Shown here piece after piece: positions 53,169-64,000 of a stretch of 64,000 nt of DNA. How positions within the stretch are numbered: position 1 is the stretch's first letter; every line of letters begins with the position of its first letter. The DNA is from Amoebidium appalachense. Lineage: Eukaryota; Protista; Ichthyosporea. The translations under genes were made by a program, and so were the position numbers. The notes under the pieces are model-generated. The model saw only the letters and a list, made by a program, of their open reading frames with translations, did no database searches and had not been told where the DNA came from. Location: the NCBI GenBank assembly GCA_963693365.1, contig CAVNZM010000012.1, positions 5,654,889-5,718,888 of the forward strand, read 5' to 3'.

Positions 53169-55037
53169 TAGTCACACACACACACTGTCACATGCATCCA
53201 TACCAACACACACACACACACACTGACACGTGCGCGCTCACATACACACACACGACATGCATCACAGTATCACAAACCCTTTAGGCTTAACAACGGAAAA
53301 AGTGATTGCGGCACAAGACACACACCCCTTCCAGGTCCCCCCCCACACACAGCACACACACTCTCTGCTAACCTCAATCACAAATTCCCGATGGCCTAAC
53401 TAGCAGGACACAATGCTTAAAAGCTCCCCATCAATAAATATTTATGAACAAGGGAGGGACTGTGCAGATCATACATGGGTGTAGCATTCACGATCCCCCC
53501 CCCCCCCCCCCCCCCCCTCCTCCCCTCCCCCCGGACATCAAACTCAACCGCCTTCTGACCACACAAAAGCCTTGAAAGAAGAGGGCGAGAAGTAGTGACG
53601 ATGACACCACAAACACCGTCGAGCATCCACACACATAAATCGTGAGCTTTAAATTCATAGCTTCCTGATGTGAAAGTAGGTCTCAGATTGCAGGCTGCTG
53701 GGAGGCGGCCTGGAACCCCCGGTGTGTGTTGCACCGGGTGTCTTTGCAATGCAGGCCTCAACGGCCAGTGGACCTCTTGCGGTGCTTGTGGGGGCATGTG
53801 GGGCCATGGGCCAAGGCCCTGACGGTGGGGGCTGCAGGACTGGCATGTGTCATACACGCCGCAGGGCTTTGTGATCTTTGTGCCCCGCCCAAGGGTGCTG
53901 GGGCGGCGGTTGGCTCGGGGGCTGTACCGTCTGCGCAACCAGCTGGACAGTCTGCTCTACCCGCTGCCCCCCTGGCTGGCCGCCGCCATCTGCCTGGGTG
54001 GGTGACTGTGGCCGCATGCGCGGGGGGGGGGGGGGGGGGGGGGGGCAGGCCGGGGCTGACTGCCGGGCTGCAGGGTTTGTGGGGCTGGTGCTGGGCAGCG
54101 ATGAGGCGTCGGTGTGGCGCACGGGGGCCCTAGCCCATGGGCTGTGGACCATGGACGAGGCCCTCAACCCGTGGCACAGCACCCTGGCCCCGGAGATGCG
54201 CATAGCGTGCGTGCAGGGGGGAGGGGGGGTGGGGAGTGGGGGGTTGGGTGCCGGTGCTGACCGTGTGCTGCAGGTACCTGGCCTGCCTGATTGCCGGGCT
54301 GAGCCTGCTGCTGCTGGCGCATGTGCGGCGGGTGGCGCTGCGCATGCTGCTGGGCTACAAGGGCTGGATGCACGACCCTCCGGGCAGGCCGTCAGTGGCC
54401 ACCACGGCGTGGGCCGCCGTGCTCAAGGCTCTGTACCTGGGCGGCCGCCACCCCCTCACTTATGCCTTCCAGGCTTCCCTGCCCTCCCTGCCCGTAGGCT
54501 CCCTCTCCCCCCTCCCCCGCCCCCCCCCCCCCCAAACCAAAAAAAAAAACTATACAGGCATATGTGCACACTTTCTGTATACCCCATCACCCCAAGCAGC
54601 CCCCCCCCCCTCGCCCCCTTCCATATCCTTGCATTTCCCTTCATGCGCGTATGCTACCCCCACATCCCCCACATATGTGCATGGCCATGCCTCTGTGTGT
54701 CAGTGCATCATGGGCTGAGGTGCTGGGGGCAGGTGCCGGGGCTGGAGCAGACGGTGCAGCGCTATCTGACGTCGGTTGAGCACATCATGGCCCCGGCCGA
54801 CTTTGAGGCCATCAAGGCGGGGGCCCAGGCGTTTGTGCAGTCGGGGGGTGCGCGGCGGATGCAGTGGATGCTGTGGGCCAAGAGCTGGCTGACAAACTAT
54901 GTCAGCGACTGGTGGCTGCAGTATGTCTACCTGCGCGCACGCAGCCCCCTGCCCATCAACAGCAACTACTACGGCCTAGGCTTTGCCTTTGCAGACGCCC
55001 TGCCCACCCACAGCCAGACCGCACGTGCCGCCGTGCT

Positions 55038-55086
<49 letters not shown>

Positions 55087-58032
55087 GTGCGTGTGTTGAG
55101 GGGGCCTGCTGACCCTGTGCCCTGCAGACGCACCAGATGATGGTGCACCACCAGCGGCTGGACAAGGAGCTGCTGCCCCCCACCCTGCTGCGTGGCCTGG
55201 TGCCCATCTGCATGGCCCAGTACGAGTACGTCCCCCCTCCCTCCCCCCCCCCCACCCCAAAAAAACTCAAGGAAACACGTCTTAACGTGGCTAACCCCTG
55301 CATGCACGCTGGCAGGCACCTGTTCAGCAGCACCCGCATCCCCATGCGGGACACCGACCGGCTGCACAAGTACAGCAGCGGGGAGTCCCGCCACGTGGTG
55401 GTGACCTACAGGGGCCTGTTCTACCGCTTGGAGGTTCAATCCCCCTCCCTCTGCCCCCCACCCAGCCCTGCATGCAGACTCACGGGCGCTGCAGGTGTAC
55501 CAGGCCGACAGCAGCACGCTGCTGAGCCCCGCAGACCTTGCCCAGCAGTATGCCCGCATTGTGGCCCATGCTGACGCCCTGCTGGCCAGCCCAGACGCAC
55601 CCTCAATGGCCTCCCCCCCCCCCCCCCCCCCCCCCCCACACACACACCCCTCCAACCCAGACCATGCATACACCGCCATCATTCATAAACAACCAAGAAA
55701 CCGAAGGCTCCACAGTCGTTATGTTTCAGCGCTGGGGTGCCGGTATTCTGGTCAATATCCAATCAGGTTGCTGAATTCAAACCTGCTGAAGCTGACATGC
55801 ATAGATTAGTTAGGCCGTCATGCTTTGTGGGGACAACAGAATGCGAGCATTTTCCGGTTTCAAGTCTCACTGATGTCATATGGTCCAACACCTTCGTCAC
55901 TTTGATACTTCATACATACATACATAGAGCAGACTGGATCAAAACACCGCCTACGATTTGCAGCAGATCTTGCCGTGGTGGGGTAGCTGACTGTGGGGGT
56001 GCAGGTGGAGCGGCAGGTCGCAGCGCTCACCACCGAAAACAGAAGTGTTTGGGCCGAGGTCCGGGAGGCCCAATTCTCGGCCGGCCTCAATCGGTATGTG
56101 CCCGGCCAATCACAATGAAGCACATGGCCACGGCCTAGCATTGTGTGGTGCTGTGGGTGTGGGCCCCACCGAATGCCGGGCTGAGATGTGCCGGGATGCC
56201 AACACTACACGGGTGGCTGGCCTGGGTGCCACATGGTGGTGCCCAAGGTGGCAGGCCATTGGCGCATGTTACGAGGCAGTGCACTGGCACATGGCTGCTG
56301 GCTGCTGGGCCCATGCTGCATGCTGCGGTGGTGCATGGCTGACGGGACATACAGGGCGTCACTGGGGGTGGTGGAGAGTGCCATCATGCACGTGGCCCTG
56401 CTGCCCGACAGCCCCAGCAGCCTTACCGAACAGGCCCGCCAGAGCCTGCACTCAGATGGCACGGCCCTGTGGTGCGACAAGTCCTTCACAATGGTGCATA
56501 GGGGGGAGGGGGTGTCTGGGGGGGGGGGGGGGGGGGGGGGGATAGGGGCTGATGGCAAGGCTGCAGATAGTGTTTGGCAACGGCGTGTCCACGGTGCACG
56601 GTGAGCACTCGTGGGGGGATGCCCCGGCCCTGGCGCACATCTGGGAGTCGGTGGTGGCCGGTGGGTGGGCTGGGCCTGGCCGGGGGCACGGCAGGGGGCA
56701 ATGCTGACGGGGGCTGCAGGGGAGCTGAGCCAGCAGAGCCAACTGTACGACGAGAAGGGCCACGTGCTGGGCCGGCCAACAGCCAGCCTGCAGGCACCCC
56801 CCCGGCTGCAGTGGCGCATCAGCCCGGGCCTGGCTACGGCCATCACAAAGGCCGTGGCAAGGGCCCAGGAGGATCTTGCAGACCTGCAGCTGGTGCGGCC
56901 CCACAGCCCTTGGCAGGAGGAGGAGAAGGGGGAGGGAGGGGGGGAGGGGATATTCTGACCAGGGATATGCAGCAAGTGACCATGTTTGATGCGTTTGGCA
57001 AGGGCGCCATCAAGCGCGCAAAGACCAGCCCCGATGCCTTCATCCAGGTGTGTGCCCAGGCCAAGGCATGGCGGGCAGGGGGCATGGGCTGAAGGGCCGG
57101 GCCACAGATGGCGCTGCAGCTGGCCTACTACCGCGAATACGGGCGGCACCCCAACACCTACGAGTCCAGCATGACCCGGCTGTACCGCGATGGCCGCACA
57201 GAGACCATCCGCAGCTGCAGCGCCCAGGCCTGTGCCTTTGTGCGGGCCATGGACGATCCGGCCGTTGACGGCCCGACCCGTCTGGCCCTGCTGCAGGCCG
57301 CAGCCCGCCAGCACACGTGGCTGTCTCAGCAGGCCATGTGCGGTGCGTGTTACCGTGGAGTGAAGGGGGGGGAGGGGGGGAGGGGGGAAGCGGGCACAAT
57401 GGATCCCCAAAAGTTCACATGCGGGGCGAGTCATATGTGGGTAGCAGCGCATTTGCGATTTTCCAGTTTCGGGATTTAGGCCAAGTTGAGCTACAGAAAT
57501 AGGACTGGACTTTGTCCTACCATATGCAAACGTCTATAACTCAATGTACACTCAACCAGGGGATTCTGGTATAAAGAGGCTGCGTGCTCCACGGTTACTA
57601 GCTAGCCGAATAGAAATGGGGTCTCAAATTCTCGGGAGTGTGGTGTGGCACATAGAAACTATTTGGGGATGTGCACAATCTGACACGGGGCACAGGTGGT
57701 GGTGTGGACCGGCACATGTTTGCACTGTATGTGGTGGGCATGGGCCTAGGCATCGAGGCCCCGTTTCTGGAGCGCTACTTTGCCCTGCCGTGGCACCTGT
57801 CCACGTCCCAGATTCCCCACCGCCAGTGTGTACGTGCCCCCCTGCCCCCACGAGCCCGCTGTTTGGCCAACCGCTAACGGGTGGTGTGTGGGGCTGCAGC
57901 CGGAGCTGTGGCCCAAGGATGCGGTGGACAGCACGCGCTACATCACCCCCAGCGGCGGGTTTGGGCCTGTGGCCAGCGACGGCTACGGCGTGTCCTACAT
58001 GGTGGCCGGTGTGTGGCCTGGGGGGCAGTGCC

Positions 58033-58076
<44 letters not shown>

Positions 58077-58224
58077 GGGCTGACGGTTGGGCGCAGGGGA
58101 GGGCCACCTCTTCTTCCACATCAGCTGCCGCAGCGGCTGCGGGCACACCAGCAGCAGCAGGTTCACGGAGCGCATCTTCCAGGCGCTGCATGACATGCAC
58201 GCCCTGCTGCCCGCCGCACACTAG
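52524..58224 (+). CDS. CPT1: Carnitine O-palmitoyltransferase 1-like acyltransferase, about 17 exons
   Basis: MAEAH start (exon 52524-52619), [45 protein letters not shown], catalytic [60 protein letters not shown]; stop TAG 58222-58224; GT-AG introns. Confidence 0.92.
53000..53252. repeat. Degenerate (CA)n tract in CPT1 intron 1
   Basis: Visible array. Confidence 0.9.
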
Positions 58225-59675
58225 CCCGCACCACGGTGCTTGGCCAGCTGCACCCCGCCCAGCCGTGGCCCTGGTGGCTACGGCGTGTTGGTAGGTCAAT
58301 AAACAGGGCCATGGCCACATCAGTGGGCCTTATGTGCATGCATTATGGAGGGGTGGTACCAAGTTACTCACCATTAGGGCCGGCGGCTGGGGAGCGCTGT
58401 CCAGGCCGGGGCTGTCTGCAGGCCGGTCTGGTGTTGGCTCTTGGCCGGGCAGTAGGCTGCGCACCTGCAGGGCCCAGGGCCATCATCAGGTGGTCCGTGA
58501 TCTCTTTGGCATAAACGCGGGTCTATGGTGCTTTACTGGGGTGGATGGGAGCCAAAAGTCCGTAGCCTAGTCTGCATGCACGACCTTTGGTGAAGACTAA
58601 TATGCAAAGCAACACCATCTATTGTCTGGCATGATTTGGTCGACCGGCCCCTCATTCAATACTAGATCTAGTGCTAAGTGCAACATCTGGGGTGCATGCG
58701 AGATCCTGAGCCGCGGCGCTGTTCGGCTAACACGAGAGATGCTTTCTTTTACTTCTTAGCTATACTTACATCCGAAACCAATCGCATTTCCTATCTTCTA
58801 CCGTGCATCTGGCATGTATTCGTTGACTTGAGTATAATGAAACCTTGCGTGGGCAAGCTTGGAGGGTTGATAAAAACGCTAGCTAGGTTTGTTTGCCGGG
58901 ATAAAGAAAGACAATGCGTAAACCAACCATGTACTAGTCCATATTATTTACCCAAGTGATCGTATGTTAACCGATCGAATTCAGCCGTTGTTTTATATTA
59001 ATAATTTTCTATGATTGGATGCCGGCACCCAACTTTATCGGCCGGCCACCAGCCGGCCATGCATGGGCAAAGGCAATCATTGACCTCGGTGTCATTCAAT
59101 GGGTGGTGGCCAGCCGTTAATGCCAGGGCGGATGGAGTGACTGGGTGGCAACCATATTGCCGCCATCATAACCTCGACCGTGATGCAACCACAGCCGACA
59201 GTAAAGCATGTCCGTGTAAAGAGCAGGGGCATTTTGTAAGGTTTGATTAAGCAACGCCCTGTGGGGTGAGTACAGGCCCTAGATATTGCTGGCTGGTTTC
59301 TGCTTTGGCGTTGTCGTGCTTATGCAGTATGCCAAAACACAATAGTTTGTGTGTGGCACCGGAGTAGCCGCTGCAAGCTGAATGGCACCAGCCTCAGGCC
59401 GACTGGCCGCATAGCCATCACACCCAGCCCCCCAGCAATACCGTGCCTGTGACGTCACGGTGTTGCATCCCAGACAGCATGGTTGTGGTTTCTGGCAGTC
59501 ACTGCATGTAGGCCATGCCAGCCAACCGTCACTTTCCAATACTTTAGCAGCAGACGTCTTTGGTCTCTGGACCACGTGACCCAACATGACACAAAAAAGC
59601 TGGACGATGGAAGCAAGAAACATCTGCCTGCCCTGATTGGCTCAACTATCGGGCACAACTGAGATTGCCATTTGT

Positions 59676-60772
59676 TTAAGTCGCCTGAACATCTGCCCTA
59701 GTTTTGCCCTGGTGGGCCAACGCTATGCATACTCGGCCATGAATGGCCTGGTGGGCCATGCATTGTGGGGTCACCTTTGTGGCGCCGTGCACCAGCAGGC
59801 CCACTAGCAGGCCCAGCAGCAGCAGCAGCTGGCCCAGTCCCCCCAGCAGCTGGTCCCGCGCCCAGCGCCACGTCCCCCCCCTGGGCCCCAGCCCGGCCAA
59901 AGCTGCATGGCACCGTGCCACCTGCCCTCACCCCCTCAGCATCCCCCTTTTGGCCCCCTGTGTGTGCATTCAATGCAGGGCAGGCCCACCTCCTCGGTCA
60001 GGTCCCTGACGGCATCACCCGCATCGGCCTGTGCTGCCGCCATGCTTCTGAGGCCCGTGCGCACATCCGTATCCATCTGCAGCTGCAGCGCCCAGTCAGC
60101 CTGCCTGTGACCTGGGGGGGGTGGGGGGGTGCTGGCCCCAGTGCAGCCACGAGCACAGCACCAGGCAGCCGGCCATCCTGGCTGGTACCGGCTGAGCCCC
60201 AGCACCAGCAGCACCCCTGCCGGCTGGCTGCCATGCACAGCACGACCACCCCAGCAAAGCCCACAACACCCAACCACAGCCCAGCACACCCGAGCACACC
60301 CCAGGCGGCCGCCATTGCGTGGCCTATTGCTGCACCATGTGCCCCCCCTAGCAGCCAGTGTGCCCACGTGGCCGGTGCAGCCACTGCCTACCTGCTTCTG
60401 CTCCAGCCGGGCCGTGTACTCCCGCAGTGCCGCCAGGGCCAGGGCCTGGACCGCCACCAGCTGCTGCAGGGCCTGGGGCATGCATGACATGTGTGGGTGG
60501 GTGGGCCTACCAGGCTGGGCCCGGGCCGGGCTGCCTACCTGGTGCTGGGCCTGCAAGCTGGCCAGCTCGGCCTGCAGATCCTGCACCGTGGCCTCCACTT
60601 CTGCCTGCTGCTCTGCCTGCGCCGCCACCTGGCCCTGCAGCACCAGCACATGCCCCTCCAGCCCACCCTCCTCCTCCAGCCCACTGGCCTCCTCGCCGTT
60701 ATCATCCCCCCTGCTGCCGTCGCTGTGCCGTGCCCCATCTAGCAGGGGCTCGGACCTGGATGGGCCCGCCAT
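59676..60772 (-). CDS. Spliced gene for an uncharacterised coiled-coil protein with a hydrophobic C-terminal segment; ends uncertain
   Basis: Gln/Glu/Ala/Leu heptad-rich segments (VAAQAEQQAEVEATVQDLQAEL; ALQQLVAVQ; ADWALQLQ) separated by GT...AG stretches; last segment LLLLLGLLVGLLV. Confidence 0.5.
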
Positions 60773-62245
60773 GGCCCTGCCCAGCCATCAGCCCTCTGGC
60801 CCTGCTCCTGCCCCCCACGTGCATGCGGCCTACCCGGACTGCATGTGCGGGGCCATGGCTGGGGCCAGTGGGGCATGTGTGGCCTGGGGGGGTGCTGTGG
60901 CATAGCTGTGGCCAGAGGGCTGGCCCTGCAATGGGCCGTCAGCACCTGATGCAGGCACGGGCAGGCCCAACCCCAACACACCTGTGGCTGGGCCTGCACA
61001 GGCAGACTCAGTGCACCCAGCCTGGTGTGGCCCCCGCCTGCTGCTGGTCCCATGCTGCCGGCACCCCAGCCAGGCTGCCGGCCACCAAGGTGCTGGCCAG
61101 GCCCATCCCTGCCAGGCCCCCGAGTGAGTATGGCCGTGCCCCCAGCCCAAAGTGGGCAGATGGGGCCTCACTGTTGGCTGCTAGCATGTGGGGCCTGCGG
61201 GGCTGACCTCTTGTCCCTCTGCCTGAGAAACAGCCGGGATGGCTGCCTGGCTGGTGGCTGGGTGCTGTGGGCCACACCGTCAGCAAGCACACCTGCGTGG
61301 CATGGTAGAAAGGTGGAAGGTGCAAATGCGTGCCTGTGCTCGAGTTGTGTGTCTGCATGCCGGTAGGTTGGTGCACCACTCAGAGGTGGATACATGCCCA
61401 AGGCCACCATCCACACACGCACAGTCTGTGCACCATCCCTCAACCCATGGACACACGTTAGACTGGCCGCTTTGCTTGCAACATAGGGCCTTTGCACACG
61501 TCAGCCAAGTGTTTACCCTTTGGTGGCGCAATTTGGATTGAACGCAAAAAAGATCCACACTAATATTCGGCAATAGCACACCTGTCCTGCAACTAAGAGC
61601 TTACTCTCCTACAATGCGTGATCGATGGCATGCCTTGGTTTGGTTCGAATGAAACATTAACAGTCGCCGGCATGTAAAAAAATGTGTCACATTCGCCCAT
61701 TTTGCTTGCTTTGGCCCGTTTCGAGAGATACACACGGGTACCATCTCCGGTTTATTGAAAAAAAAAAAAAAATGATCGGGTTCGCCTATGTTTGCTTGCT
61801 TGGGCCCAGTTCGAATGGAGAAGTACACACCTCCGCAATACCCAGCCCATGAAAAACGAAGTGAGGTTGCCTGCTTTTACCTTCTGTAGAAGGCAACCAA
61901 GGAAGTATGTGGTTACAAATGCACAGTAGCTAAATGGGCCATACACCAGATGCTTGGTTTCCGACAGTGGCCGTGTGAAACGGCCATTGCCAGATGATGG
62001 CCGCGGGTCGTGGGTGCTGGCCCAGCAGCCACCAGCACACATGGTGGGCCATGCTGCGTTGCAGACATGCAATGCCCAGCCATACAATATCCCTTGCCTA
62101 CAAATATAAAAGGTGGCTTGCACTAGGCACATCTAGATCCTTCGATCGTGGCGGGTGGAATTTGGGGGGGCACATTTGGGTATCAATGGGAGGGGAAGAG
62201 GAGGGGGCATATTAAATATTAGGTTCCAATATGCCATGCCGACTT

Positions 62246-62362
62246 GGGGGGGCACATCTAGATCTAAATATGGCTGGTGGATTTGGTGGGGCGCATCTAG
62301 TTATAAATATGGCTGGTGGATTTGGTGGGGCGCATCTAGTTATAAATATGGCTGGTGGATTT
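62246..62362 (+). repeat. 39-bp minisatellite, three copies
   Basis: GGGGCGCATCTAGTTATAAATATGGCTGGTGGATTT repeated in tandem. Confidence 0.85.
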
Positions 62363-64000
62363 TGGGGGCCCCCGGAGGGAGGGGGGGGGGGGGGGGGAGG
62401 GGAGCAAATCGAGATGAAAGCACTGTTATGCAGGCCCAAGTATGCAGGCCTGAGTGTGGGTGGCCAGCAACATGGCTTCCATAGCACATCAATGAGCATG
62501 GGCCAACCCCCCCACACGTCCCCGTGTGCATCCATCCGGATGTTGGGATGTTGCGCTTTGGCCCGCTTCATGCTACCACTCGATCCAGTGCAGCCCGGAT
62601 TTGCCTTCAGGGTGTCAGGGCATGATAGTCCGTTTGGCTAGGCACACAGAAAGGGGTGCCTGGCCGACATGGAACCTCGGTCGGCCATAGACCATGGTGG
62701 TGCACACTTGGTGGACCAAGGTTATCAAAATGCATGCCACTCCTATCTGGCTCATATGTCTATGTGCCTCCATGCATGGCCTACATGTACACCAACTTCA
62801 GTGCCCTAAAACGAATATGTCGGCACTTTTCAATGGCATCCACGGAATTCCCCTTGTATGTCGATTGCCCAGGCGTGGACGTCCCATACACGGTAAAAAC
62901 AAAATTCTGCGCTAAACACTAACGGCAATATGACGTTACATCTAGGTTGCCAGGTTGCAGCGTGACTGTGACGTCATATTGGCACCAGGAAGGTGACAAA
63001 ATGACGTCGCCACACACCGCACCTATGACGTCACTGATTGGGCTGCCACTGTCACCGACCACTATGATTAGGTTTGCCTATATATGGGTTTGTCTTTTTT
63101 GGGAATCGCACGGCAGCACCAGGTCGGCCATCTCGACTATGACAAGTTAGTTAAGGTTTTGTGATGACATGGTGCAGCGGTCGACTCGGCTACCTTTTTT
63201 AGCCAGGTGTTGTTTTTCAAGATGAAACGATTGCAAAGCAACCAGAGTCAACTTGTTGGTATGTACTGTGGCAAGAGGGCCCAGCCAGGGTGTACTAGCC
63301 GTTCACCATACCTTTATCGCACAAAGGGGGCATGACTTGGTGGTTCAAGAGAAAAAAAGAAGAAACAAGGCAAGAAGAAGCTGGATGCGGGTTAGCCGGA
63401 GACCAGACTAGCAGCAAGGATGCATAACAAGCCTTCAGAAGGTGTTTTAATTGGTCTATAAAGCCACAGCTTGGATGGGATGCGAGTTGGGCAGGCGAAC
63501 GTGAAGGACCAGGTCTGACCCGGTGCGTGTGTGTACGTTTCAAAGCACTCTCCCAAAAAGGCTTGCCAGCGGGGTGGTAGGAAAGCAGTTTGAACTGGTG
63601 TGCGTGTGGCTGCACAAGCACAGCAAAAAATGGAACTATGCATGTGTGTTTCTGGCTCCAAGGGACCCGGTGTTGTGTAGCTGCACGTGCATACCATCAG
63701 ATCAGTGTGTGCTTGTGTTTGACACTGCATGATAACAGATAGCGCAGGTGTGGCTCACGTCTATAGCAGCAGGTAGGTGCAGGCATGTTCTTTGTGTGGG
63801 ACACGTCTATAACTGCAGGCAGGCGCAGGCAAGTTCTTTGTGTGCTGCACGTGTGCCCACCTGGTGTCGTCCGCACTGTCCTGTGTGGCCGCTTCCAGGC
63901 CTCCGTCTGCAGCCGGCAGCGGCCCACTCTGTGTGCGCCTGCCTCCCGGCCCCGTCAGACCACCTAGCTACACCCCCCCCCGAACACATCACCACACACA

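Noticed and set aside
53694-53787. Extra CPT1 mini-exons
   Set aside because: Exon 1 can splice in frame directly to 53838 ([10 protein letters not shown]), so they are not needed; cannot be excluded without RNA data.
61690-61830. Two imperfect ~45-bp direct repeats (TTCGCC...TTGCTTGCTT..GCCC)
   Set aside because: Only two degenerate copies with no supporting context.

Overview
Eukaryotic genomic DNA with two zones. Bases 1 to ~49 kb are almost entirely transposon-derived. The dominant component is a tyrosine-recombinase (YR) retrotransposon with Ngaro-type split direct repeats (A1-ORF1-RT/RNaseH-YR-B1-A2-B2). One reconstructable copy lies at 24820-31109. The rest is many nested, inverted and deleted pieces, including ~691-bp solo A-B units inserted into the family's own ORFs. 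A 10.3-kb scrambled mosaic of these pieces is tandemly repeated (1-10317, 10318-20594, start of a third copy). A second, diverged sister family keeps RT/RNaseH and the same recombination-junction sequence but has a (CA)n tract where the YR gene should be. Also present are a pogo-like transposase fragment, a decayed RNase H-bearing LINE and a nested Ty3/gypsy element with a CATGG target duplication. Bases ~52-61 kb contain a multi-exon CPT1-like carnitine acyltransferase gene (+) and a small spliced coiled-coil gene (-). All coordinates and alignments were read by eye, no database searches were run, and fragment boundaries may be off by a few bases.
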